Shown: positions 55,814 to 64,000 of the stretch, piece after piece
Layout of the letters: every line of letters begins with the position of its first letter
How positions within the stretch are numbered: position 1 is the stretch's first letter
Assembly (NCBI GenBank): GCA_965277805.1
Contig: OZ255842.1
Span: forward strand, 3,072,001 to 3,136,000
Direction: 5' to 3'
Source of the DNA: Candidatus Lustribacter sp.
Lineage (GTDB): Bacteria > Vulcanimicrobiota > Vulcanimicrobiia > Vulcanimicrobiales > Vulcanimicrobiaceae
DNA length: 64,000 nucleotides
The notes under the pieces: model-generated
The model's database searches: none
The model's input: only the letters and a program-made list of their open reading frames with translations
Told to the model about the DNA's origin: nothing
Made by a program: the position numbers and the translations under genes

Positions 55814-56995
55814 ATGTTAGCACGCATCTTTCGTATCGCACTCGTGGCGCTACTGCTCGTCCCGGCGACCCCGAACTGCGCCGGAGCAGCCGCTACGTCG
55901 GGTACCCCGATCGAAATCCACGCCATCGCCTCGCTGACGGGGTACGCCGCATTTCTCGGAGCCGGTACCGCTCAAGCGATCACGGCGGCCGAAACAGCGC
56001 TAAATGCTGAGGGCGGCATCAACGGGCGTCCGATCAAGTTCGTCGTTCACGACGACCAGTCGCAAGCGCAGCAAGACGTGCAGATCCTCAACGATCTCAT
56101 CACGCGGAATGTGCCGGTCATCGTGGGGCCGGGTCTGGTATCCGCATGCGGCGCGATGTTACCGCTGCTTTCGAATGGCCCGGTCGATCTGTGCTTTTCA
56201 ACCGGTGCGCATCCCCCAGCCGGCAGTTATCAGTTCGTCATGGGTGTTCCGAGTCAGGATCAAATCGCAGCGTCACTGCGCTATCTGCGCGCGCGGGGCT
56301 TGCGGAAATTCGCACTCATCATCCCGAACGATGCGACCGGTCAGGACGCCGGCCGCGTCATCGATTCGGTGATGGCGCTGCCGGAGAATAAGGAACTCAC
56401 GATTGTCGATCGTCAGTTTTTCTCCCCCGCTGACACGAGCGTCAGCGCACAGATAGCGCGCATTCGCAGCAGCGGCGCGCAAGCGCTGATCGCTTGGGCC
56501 ACGGGCGCCCCGTTCGGCACGGTCCTGCACGGCATCCAAGACGCGGGTCTGGATATACCGGTTCTCGGCGGCGCCGGCAACGTTACCTACGCGACTCTGG
56601 CCGCGTACGCTTCGATCCTGCCGCCGAACACCTTTTTCCCGACCTATCCCGCGCTCGTCGTGCCCGAAAGCATCCAAGATCCCGGCGTTCGCCGCGCGGT
56701 CGCGGCGCTGCGCGCAGCTTACACGTCCTTGGGCACGGAGCCCGATCTCGCTGCGATTCCGTGGGATGCCGCCCACATCATTGTGGCAGCGTACCGCAAA
56801 TATGGCGCCGGCATGACGTCCGCACAGATGCGCGACTTTATGTCCGCCCTCAAATATGCCGGGGCGTTCGGATCGTTCGATTACCAGGCGCACGTGCAAG
56901 GCGGCCTCGACACGAGTACCGCGCTCGTCGTCCGCTACAATAAAGATAAGAAGGCGTTCGAAGCGGTGAGCAAAATGGGCGGCGAACCGCGGTAG
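55814..56995 (+). CDS. branched-chain amino acid-type (LivK-like) substrate-binding protein
   Basis: 'SLTGYAAFLG', 'GGINGRPIKFVVHDDQS', 'QIARIRSSGAQA'. Confidence 0.88.
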   Translation: MLARIFRIALVALLLVPATPNCAGAAATSGTPIEIHAIASLTGYAAFLGAGTAQAITAAETALNAEGGINGRPIKFVVHDDQSQAQQDVQILNDLITRNVPVIVGPGLVSACGAMLPLLSNGPVDLCFSTGAHPPAGSYQFVMGVPSQDQIAASLRYLRARGLRKFALIIPNDATGQDAGRVIDSVMALPENKELTIVDRQFFSPADTSVSAQIARIRSSGAQALIAWATGAPFGTVLHGIQDAGLDIPVLGGAGNVTYATLAAYASILPPNTFFPTYPALVVPESIQDPGVRRAVAALRAAYTSLGTEPDLAAIPWDAAHIIVAAYRKYGAGMTSAQMRDFMSALKYAGAFGSFDYQAHVQGGLDTSTALVVRYNKDKKAFEAVSKMGGEPR

Positions 56996-57031
56996 TCCTC
57001 ACGCACCGCCGGCCGCGAAAACCCGAGCTTA

Positions 57032-57436
57032 TTAGCTCGGCGAGCCGATAACGATACGGCCAGCCTCTATCACGACCGGGATCGGCGGGAGTCTCTCGCC
57101 CGCGCAAACACCATCGTCGCATATGCCGTCGTCGAATCGAAAGCGAGCGTAGTGATGATCGCACAAGATGTAGGCACCGATCGTGCGCACGTTCTTCTGG
57201 AGGTTTAGCGTGATGGATTCGTGCGGGCAGAGGTTCTCATAAGCGAAGATGCCTTCTGCGCTGCGTACGATGATTACGCGCCCGAAGAGGCGGGCGGTTC
57301 CGACTGGCACGTCGGTAACGCCGCAGAGATCGGTACCCGGCGGCGGTACTAAACCCAACGCCCTAAGTACACGGCCGGCGATTTCTCGTGCGGCGCGACG
57401 TCCGCAAAGAGCGTGATGCCGAATTCCATGCTCCAC
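57032..57436 (-). CDS. small Rieske [2Fe-2S] ferredoxin (start uncertain)
   Basis: 'AYENLCPH...ILCDHH.ARF..DDG.C..G.C.G..L'. Confidence 0.75.
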   Translation of the reverse strand: MEHGIRHHALCGRRAAREIAGRVLRALGLVPPPGTDLCGVTDVPVGTARLFGRVIIVRSAEGIFAYENLCPHESITLNLQKNVRTIGAYILCDHHYARFRFDDGICDDGVCAGERLPPIPVVIEAGRIVIGSPS

Positions 57437-57495
57437 TGTATTCGGCGCGGGTCGGCTTAGTCAATTGCCTTGCATGCCCAAAGATTAAGTTGCTG

Positions 57496-58248
57496 CTACC
57501 CAGACTGAGTCAGCGTCGTGTAGTAGCGCCAAGTAGCTTTTGCACGCCCGCCCGGCTTGCCGGCGCCGGCGGACGAATACTGCGGGCTCTCCCGCTCAGC
57601 GCGAAAGACGGCCTGATCCTGCTCGGAAATCGGTTCTGGATCGCCGAGCAAGTGCGCCTCGTAGTTCATCGTCGCGAGGGTGTTCAGAGTGATCGCATCC
57701 AGCGCCGCTTCTTCAACGCTCTGATTAGCCGTTGTGATTCCGTGTCCGCGCATCAGACACACGCGCTTCGAGCCGATCGCACGCACTAAATCGCCTCCAA
57801 GCTCCGGCGTGTTAATCGTAACGCTGCGTTCGTACGTGGGTATTCCATCGAGTACCAGCTTGGCACCGGAAGGGTCGTACGCACCGAAGAGCGGGAGCAG
57901 CGGTTTTCTGCAGATCGTAAACAGCACGACGGTTGCCGGATGGATGTGGACAACGGCGTTGACTTCCGGTCGCGCGCGATAGAGCGCCGTGTGAATGAAG
58001 ACCTCGGAGGGCGCAACAAGTCCAGGCCGGTTACCGATGGCGTGCCCGTCGAGATCGATCTCGATGACCTCGTCCGGCGTGGTATAGCGAACGCCGAGTT
58101 CGTCTTGTCCGCGTGCGCGGATGAACGCACGCTCTGTTCCGGGGAGGCGCGCGCTTACATGGCCAGTAGCGGCTTTCGTGAGGTTTAGCGTTCCGAGCAC
58201 GCGACACGCCTGCGCGACTCGTTCGCGAATATCGTCTATCTCATTCAT
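57496..58248 (-). CDS. class II aldolase/adducin family protein
   Basis: 'GHVSAR', 'PSEVFIHTALYRARPEVNAVVHIHP', 'LMRGHG'. Confidence 0.9.
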   Translation of the reverse strand: MNEIDDIRERVAQACRVLGTLNLTKAATGHVSARLPGTERAFIRARGQDELGVRYTTPDEVIEIDLDGHAIGNRPGLVAPSEVFIHTALYRARPEVNAVVHIHPATVVLFTICRKPLLPLFGAYDPSGAKLVLDGIPTYERSVTINTPELGGDLVRAIGSKRVCLMRGHGITTANQSVEEAALDAITLNTLATMNYEAHLLGDPEPISEQDQAVFRAERESPQYSSAGAGKPGGRAKATWRYYTTLTQSG

Positions 58249-58418
58249 GTCCGGCGCTTGTTGATGCCCGGTTCCATTCCCCCTTTAGCTCGCCGCCGGA
58301 GCCGAGCTGCAGCTAACGGCCGTTAAGGAAGCGTAGAGTGAACCCGCAATGTCGCTGACTACGCTTCCACCGATGCGAAGCTTTGGAACCGTCCGGGCAC
58401 TCCGCATCGTCAGCGCAA

Positions 58419-59393
58419 TTAGTCACGCTGGCCGCCATTGCGCACCCCCCGCGATTGGGCGAAGATCAATTCCGTGGCGGCGAACGCGCGTGGAATGACA
58501 TGATACTTGGCTGCTGCGTTGATGACCGGTTGAATCATTGCCGGGTCGATGGTCAAAGCAACTTCGGTGTACTGCATGTGCGCGAGTACGTCAACCGGGA
58601 TGTGCGAGAACTGCGAGACCAGCGGGTAGAGTTCGCGGTAGTGGGCGTTGATGTACACCGACGCGCGGTTGTAGGCGTTTGCAAAATCGAACACTGCCTG
58701 GGGGTGCTGCTCGGCCCACGGGCGGTACGCGAAGTCACAGTCGACCAAAAACTTCGGTCCGATCGAATCGTATGGCTTGGCGATCGATCTGGCCCCAATT
58801 GCAAGCGCGGCGCTGAGAAAGGGATCGTACACGCCGGCCGCATCGATCTTTCCAGCCTGCAACGCACTCGCAACCGATGGTGGCGGCATCTCGATGAAGT
58901 GCACGCTCGAGCTATCACCGCCGTCTTGATCGACGATACCCTTGATCGAGACCGTGAAGAGATCGCTCAGCCCGGGTACCGCAACGTTCTTGCCGTTGAG
59001 GTCTTTGGCTCGACGGACCGCCGATCCGGGCGCCGCGACCAGCTGGATGTTTTCGCTAATGGTGCCATCGTAGGTTGAGCCTGGCGTGACGATCGCAACC
59101 GGGACTCCCTTCGCATGCGCCAGGCAGAGCGAGAGCACGTTGCTGTTAGCAATTTGCGCGCTACCACCGATCAGCGCCGCCATGGCGACTGCTCCGGACG
59201 TTTGCGGCTGGATTGTCACGTCGAGCCCAGCTTGGCGAAACCACCCCTGCTGTTGAGCGTAGTACACGCTCGCGTTGTCCGGACCGGATAGCGGGGCCAC
59301 GATGACGGGGGTCGTTGTCTGCGCTGCGACCGGATACGTCGCGGAACCGAGAGCGAGCGCGGCCGAGGTGCCGAGAAACCGTTGGCGGTTCAT
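58419..59393 (-). CDS. NitT/TauT ABC substrate-binding protein
   Basis: 'DLNGKNVAVPGL...DQDGGDSSSVHFIEMP'. Confidence 0.85.
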   Translation of the reverse strand: MNRQRFLGTSAALALGSATYPVAAQTTTPVIVAPLSGPDNASVYYAQQQGWFRQAGLDVTIQPQTSGAVAMAALIGGSAQIANSNVLSLCLAHAKGVPVAIVTPGSTYDGTISENIQLVAAPGSAVRRAKDLNGKNVAVPGLSDLFTVSIKGIVDQDGGDSSSVHFIEMPPPSVASALQAGKIDAAGVYDPFLSAALAIGARSIAKPYDSIGPKFLVDCDFAYRPWAEQHPQAVFDFANAYNRASVYINAHYRELYPLVSQFSHIPVDVLAHMQYTEVALTIDPAMIQPVINAAAKYHVIPRAFAATELIFAQSRGVRNGGQRD

Positions 59394-60667
59394 GAAGTAC
59401 TCCTGATGGGGGCGGATTCCGGTTCAACTGCGCTGAGCAACTCGGAGTCGTAATCGGAGCGCAGCTCAACTTGGCGATGGAGCGTTACTTCGCGATGCTC
59501 GTGCGCTGACTGGACCAACCCGAGCGTTGCCTCGAGGGTCGCCCGCCCCCAGGCACCGCTGTGATAGGGCGGCAGACCGTCGAAGGCCGCCGCGCGCAGC
59601 TCGGTCAACGCGCCGATCGTTGCGCCGCCCTCGAGATCGCGAGCGCGATGCTCGATCGAGCGCAGATCGATCTCGCGCTTGCCGTTGTCGCTGTAGACGT
59701 ACACGCCGTGTTTGGCGTGACGCAGCACCCCGCGAGTGCAGCTCACTACCGTCATTCCGAGGTCCGTCGGAAACCAGGCAGAGCGGTCGGAATCGGCCAT
59801 GCGTTGGGTTGGATCGAACGCGCCGCCGATGCGGAATGCCTCCTTCTCGCTCTGCTCATTGCGTGTTCCAGCCGCCAACTCGCGCCGAATGCGCAATCGG
59901 TCCTCGTCGTCGTATCGCCAGTTAATCGGTGCGCCTTCGAACAACTCGCCGGCCATGAAATAGCCGTAGCCGTTCAGGACCGTCGTCGCAGACGTCCCGT
60001 TCTCGAATTCAAAGAAGCCGGTAAAGAACCCAGGAACCGCGCGCTCGGGCATCCACTGGCCGGTCGTCCCGGAGACCCGGCGCAACTTGCCGCCGCCAAG
60101 AAGGCGCAGCACATCGACCTGATGCGGTCCCTGGCGGTGAACAATTCCGGCACCGGCTTCGAGCGACAACTCTTCCGGAGTTCGCGCGCGTAACATCCAG
60201 TCCATGAACGACCACATCAATACGTGGCGGAAGCCTTGCAGTTCGTCGCTCAGTGCCAACCGGCGCATGACTCGGATCGGAATGCCGTAGCTCGAGGTGT
60301 GCGCCGCGATTAGCGCGACGCCGTACTTCTCGCTCGCGTCGACCATGCGGTCCGCGTCCTCGATCGTTACCGCCATCGGTTTCTCAACCGCGACGTGCTT
60401 ACCGTTTCGCATCGCCAAGATCGCACCCTCGGCATGGAACTTGTTGGGCGTCGACACCCAGATCGCGTCGAGGTTGGCATCCTTGCAGATGGCCTCTGCA
60501 GATTCGTAGACCGGGCGATCCGGATATCGCCGCTCGAACGCCTCGCGCATGCGGGGATTCACGTCGGCTCCCGCAGCGAGCTGGATCCCGTCCATCGAGT
60601 CAATCGTCGGCATAACATTGGCCGCCCCTTGACCCAAACCAAGAACCCCAATCTTTAGCGTCCGCAT
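59390..60667 (-). CDS. Gfo/Idh/MocA oxidoreductase (phthalate cis-dihydrodiol dehydrogenase-like)
   Basis: Likely ATG 60667; 'IGVLGLG', 'STPNKFH', 'VEKPMA', 'HRQGPHQVDVLR', 'NGYGYF', 'WGRATLE'. Confidence 0.88.
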   Translation of the reverse strand: MRTLKIGVLGLGQGAANVMPTIDSMDGIQLAAGADVNPRMREAFERRYPDRPVYESAEAICKDANLDAIWVSTPNKFHAEGAILAMRNGKHVAVEKPMAVTIEDADRMVDASEKYGVALIAAHTSSYGIPIRVMRRLALSDELQGFRHVLMWSFMDWMLRARTPEELSLEAGAGIVHRQGPHQVDVLRLLGGGKLRRVSGTTGQWMPERAVPGFFTGFFEFENGTSATTVLNGYGYFMAGELFEGAPINWRYDDEDRLRIRRELAAGTRNEQSEKEAFRIGGAFDPTQRMADSDRSAWFPTDLGMTVVSCTRGVLRHAKHGVYVYSDNGKREIDLRSIEHRARDLEGGATIGALTELRAAAFDGLPPYHSGAWGRATLEATLGLVQSAHEHREVTLHRQVELRSDYDSELLSAVEPESAPIRSTS

Positions 60668-60913
60668 GCTGATCAGACCGCCGATACACTCGAGCGCGCG
60701 GGGTTCATCAGGACGCGACTTTGACTTGCGGTTCAAGGTACGAGTCGACACAGAACCGCATCTCTCGTTCTTCGCCCTCGCGCTGCGGGGTGCGTTCGGC
60801 TTCGGTCATGGTGTGCCCGATTTGCGGGGCAACGCACAGGTCCTGTGGATGTAACGTGCCGGCAGGGTCGCTGCTCACACGGTCGAACGCGAAGTTTTTG
60901 GAGGGTTCTTCGC

Positions 60914-62107
60914 GTGGCGCTTACTCCTGAGATGAACGATGATTTCACCCGCGTCGGTAAGGGGACGCCGTGCGGCGAGTTGTTCCGCCGCTATTGGCTC
61001 CCGCTGGCGCCCGCGAGTGAGCTTTCCGCGGAACGTCCCAAGAAGCGCGTGCGCATCCTCGGCGAAGACCTCGTGCTTTACCGTGACGCGCACGGCAAGC
61101 TAGGCCTGATTCCGGAGCGTTGCCCACACCGCCACGCCTCGCTCTACTTCGGATTTCTCGGTGAAGAGGGTGGATTGCGCTGCGCATATCACGGCTGGCG
61201 CTTCGACACGGAAGGCAACTGCGTGGAGCAGCCGTTCGAGCCGCCCGACAGCAAGTTGCGCGCGCTGGCCTGCCGGCCGCATTATCAAGTGCAGCAGCTT
61301 GCCGGCATCCTGTGGGGCTACCTTGGGCCAGATCCGGCACCACTCTTGCCGCGTTGGGATTTACTCATCCGCGACGATGGCATGCGCGCGGTCACGGTGC
61401 TGCCGATCCACCACTGCAACTGGTTGCAGGCGCAAGAGAACTCGCACGATCCGGTTCACACGATCTACCTACACGGACGAATGCTCCAAGAGATTCAGCC
61501 GGCAGGCAACGAGGGCGCAATCGCATACTATACTCGCCCGCTCGAGAACTACGACTTCGAGGTCTGCCGCGAGCCGGCGTGGACCGGAATCCGCAAGACC
61601 CGTGAGTTCGGCGGCGACAAACCGCAACGCGAACTCGGCCATCCCGCAATCTTCCCTAATGCACTCGTCAACCCGCAGAGCGATAAAATCGTGATGCACT
61701 TCCGTACGCCCATCGACGACGAGCACACGTATATATTGTGGTCGGAATTCGTTCCGAGCGCAGACGGTTCGCGAGTGGATCAGCCCGATGAAGCAATACC
61801 CGTCAGCTACCTACCGCATCCGCGGCGACCCGACGGCGAGTACGACCTCATGACCTTCGTCAATCACGATATCATGGCGTGGGAGACGCAGGGTGCGGTC
61901 TATGATCGCTCGACCGAACTGCTCGGAGCATCGGACCGCGGGATCACGCTCTTCCGCAAGATGCTGCGCGAAGAGATCGAGAAGGTTCAAGCCGGTGAAG
62001 ATCCCGCAGGCGTGATTCGCGATCCGGCACTCAACGAATCGATTCCGGTTGGGAAAGCAGCCGCAGACCAGTTTCGCCTACGGGTCGAGTTCCAAGCCGC
62101 GCAATAA
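60914..62107 (+). CDS. Rieske oxygenase alpha subunit, paralog of 54160..55386
   Basis: GTG 60914 aligns with the paralog start; 'CPHRHASL...RCAYHGW', 'ENSHDPVH.IYLH'. Confidence 0.9.
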   Translation: MALTPEMNDDFTRVGKGTPCGELFRRYWLPLAPASELSAERPKKRVRILGEDLVLYRDAHGKLGLIPERCPHRHASLYFGFLGEEGGLRCAYHGWRFDTEGNCVEQPFEPPDSKLRALACRPHYQVQQLAGILWGYLGPDPAPLLPRWDLLIRDDGMRAVTVLPIHHCNWLQAQENSHDPVHTIYLHGRMLQEIQPAGNEGAIAYYTRPLENYDFEVCREPAWTGIRKTREFGGDKPQRELGHPAIFPNALVNPQSDKIVMHFRTPIDDEHTYILWSEFVPSADGSRVDQPDEAIPVSYLPHPRRPDGEYDLMTFVNHDIMAWETQGAVYDRSTELLGASDRGITLFRKMLREEIEKVQAGEDPAGVIRDPALNESIPVGKAAADQFRLRVEFQAAQ

Positions 62108-63070
62108 CTACTGGGGTTTGAAGATCAAATCGGTAGCGGGGAACGCGGGGAAATTTTCGTAGCGCGCCACGACGTTGATCTCGGGCTGAACCATCGCGGG
62201 CGTCGTACGCTGCGCAAACGTGGCTAGCGACGCCGTTGATAGCGATGACGGAGCTTGTCCGAATGTCCGCGTAATGATTTCAACGGACTTTGCGGGGTTC
62301 TTCTCGCAAAAAGCAGCCGATTCGCGCATGGCGGACGCAAACCGGGAAACGAGATCTGCGTGCGCCGTCGCCCACGAGCTCATCGCAAACCATGCGGTCA
62401 CTACGAACGACGGAGCCACCGCCGCCGACATCGCGCCCGTTAGCGGACGCGCAACCTTGCGCGCATCGCTCAAAAACGGTTCTCCGAGCTCCGCCGCATC
62501 GATGCGGCCGGCAGCAAAGGCGGAAGCCATCTGCGAAAACGGCATTTCAACAAACTTCAACGTCGATGAGTCGCCGCCGTGGGCGTCGACCCATGCGCGT
62601 ACGGCATAGACGCCCATCGTTGCGAGGCCGGGCGTACCAATCGTTTTGCCGTTCATATCCTTGGCGGTTCGAATTGATGTTTGATTGCCGACCATGAGGT
62701 ACGCGATCGGCGGCACGGTGCTGGCCGAGTAAAGTGCAGCGCCCGCAACGATGACGAAGGGAACGTTCTTGTGCCGCGCTTGCGCGAGCGTCGCGACGGT
62801 TGCGATGCCGATGTCGACGGCACCCGCCGCGACGGCCCCGGCAAGCGCCGAACCGTAGGCGATCTGCTGCAACTCCGCCGCGATGCCCGCTTTGGTAAAG
62901 AACCCCATTTCTTGGGCGAACAGCACCTGAGCGCTATATTGAAACGGCAGATACGCGATCCGCAGCGTATCAAGGCTCTGCGCACGCGCAGGCACCGGTG
63001 TCGCTAGCGCAAGCGAAGCGCCGGACGCGAGGCTTCCTGCGAGCGCAATTCGCCGAGAGAAATTAGGCAT
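62108..63070 (-). CDS. NitT/TauT ABC substrate-binding protein (Tat signal)
   Basis: 'SRRIAL'; 'DMNGKTIGTPGL...WVDAHGGDSSTLKFVEMPF'. Confidence 0.85.
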   Translation of the reverse strand: MPNFSRRIALAGSLASGASLALATPVPARAQSLDTLRIAYLPFQYSAQVLFAQEMGFFTKAGIAAELQQIAYGSALAGAVAAGAVDIGIATVATLAQARHKNVPFVIVAGAALYSASTVPPIAYLMVGNQTSIRTAKDMNGKTIGTPGLATMGVYAVRAWVDAHGGDSSTLKFVEMPFSQMASAFAAGRIDAAELGEPFLSDARKVARPLTGAMSAAVAPSFVVTAWFAMSSWATAHADLVSRFASAMRESAAFCEKNPAKSVEIITRTFGQAPSSLSTASLATFAQRTTPAMVQPEINVVARYENFPAFPATDLIFKPQ

Positions 63071-63150
63071 CGCGCGTTTTTCGCGCTAGGTAAGAACCTT
63101 CCGCCCTGCGAGCTGCACGCTTGCCGGCGTTCGGTTTCTCGGGTTTGAAC

Positions 63151-63226
63151 TGGAGCCGACGAGCGGACTTGAACCGCTGACCTGCTGATTACGAATCAGC
63201 TGCTCTACCAACTGAGCTACGTCGGC
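63151..63226 (-). tRNA. tRNA-Thr(CGT)
   Basis: Reverse complement GCCGACGTAGCTCAGTTGGTAGAGCAGCTGATTCGTAATCAGCAGGTCAGCGGTTCAAGTCCGCTCGTCGGCTCCA: 76 nt cloverleaf, anticodon CGT, encoded CCA. Confidence 0.97.
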
Positions 63227-63285
63227 ATCATCGGTCTTGCGACCGCAGCCTACCCCAATTCGGTGGAGAGGCCCTCGCCCTCCCC

Positions 63286-63696
63286 CTACGACATTTCCGT
63301 CAGCCGATCGAGCACGCGCGCGAAGGCGGCCAGGTCTGAGGCCGGGCAGCCGCGTAGGGCCGCCGCCTCGATTTCCCGGAGCGCCTCATAGATCCGAGCG
63401 CTCAGCGTCCGTCCGGCGGCTGTCAAGAACACGACCACCGAGCGCCGGTTGCTTGGATCAGCCTCACGCTTGATTGCCCCGCGGGTTTCGAGCCGGTCCA
63501 GGACGCTCGTCAGCGTCGAGCGGCGATGGCCGAACTCAGCATGGATATCGTTGATTCGCGCGTCACCATGCATGTGAAGATACGCCAGCACGTGCGCTTC
63601 GGCTTGATTAACGTCGAGATCGGCTCGTCCGGCGAGATAGAGGGCTACCGCGTGCGTGATGCGCTCGATCTTAGGAATCGCGACTAGACGTTTCAC
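63286..63696 (-). CDS. MarR family regulator
   Basis: 'STLTSVLDRLETRG..R..DPSNRRSVVVFLTAAGR'. Confidence 0.85.
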   Translation of the reverse strand: MKRLVAIPKIERITHAVALYLAGRADLDVNQAEAHVLAYLHMHGDARINDIHAEFGHRRSTLTSVLDRLETRGAIKREADPSNRRSVVVFLTAAGRTLSARIYEALREIEAAALRGCPASDLAAFARVLDRLTEMS

Positions 63697-64000
63697 GAAC
63701 CCGGATGCGAGGCGAGGTAGGCCGCGATCGCCGACTGCATCTCAGCCGACATCTCATGCGCGTGCAACCGGATCTGCTCGGCGTGCGCCGCACCGGCATC
63801 GTTAAGGGGTACGACATCGTAGGTCATCGTTGCGTCGCTGCCGGCGGAAGCGCTGACGACATCGATCGTGAGCGTAACGACGAACGTCTGCGGCTCGAAA
63901 ATCACGTATTGCACGACGCCCTTCGAAGGATCGAATTCGCGCAAGAGCCAGACCCTCGACCCGGTGGTGAACACCGCACCGGCGGCTTGCAGCGGTTCGG
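63693..64000 (-). CDS. hypothetical protein, 5'-truncated by the window (possibly SRPBCC-like)
   Basis: Open frame overlapping the marR start (GTGA); beta-rich part followed by a C-terminal helix. Confidence 0.5.
   Translation of the reverse strand, partial: EPLQAAGAVFTTGSRVWLLREFDPSKGVVQYVIFEPQTFVVTLTIDVVSASAGSDATMTYDVVPLNDAGAAHAEQIRLHAHEMSAEMQSAIAAYLASHPGS

Larger units (their letters stand above)
54037..63134. mobile_element. probable tRNA-Thr-associated genomic island (no integrase) carrying aromatic catabolism genes
   Basis: Bounded by repeat copy B and the intact tRNA 3' end in direct orientation. Confidence 0.55.

Overview
High-GC bacterial window. The lineage is probably Candidatus Eremiobacterota/Vulcanimicrobiota, inferred only from the protein-family mix (a 'DFGSPP..PILFNDH.VYAKPD' copper-amine-oxidase-N/beta-barrel protein, a large TonB-dependent-receptor-like gene, many NitT/TauT-type binding proteins). 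Most of the window is uptake and catabolism of aromatic or heterocyclic compounds: 12 solute-binding proteins, 3 Rieske oxygenases, HpaB-like, UbiD-like, nitrilase, amidohydrolases, an AprAB/SdhA-like flavoprotein with ferredoxin, LLM and VOC proteins. The most notable system is a compact minus-strand tfuA-ycaO-85-aa-ORF operon (30334-32516), a candidate thioamide-installing RiPP or small-protein modification system. It lies convergent with a wHTH-BTAD plus XRE-NB-ARC-TPR regulator pair. Also notable: a tRNA-Thr(CGT) at 63151-63226 with two degenerate copies of its 3' end and downstream sequence at ~53.4 and ~54.0 kb, which delimit two adjacent integrase-less islands; and a DUF3494 ice-binding lipoprotein operon. 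No CRISPR array, rRNA, integrase or transposase was seen. All calls come from reading motifs by eye; no database searches were run.
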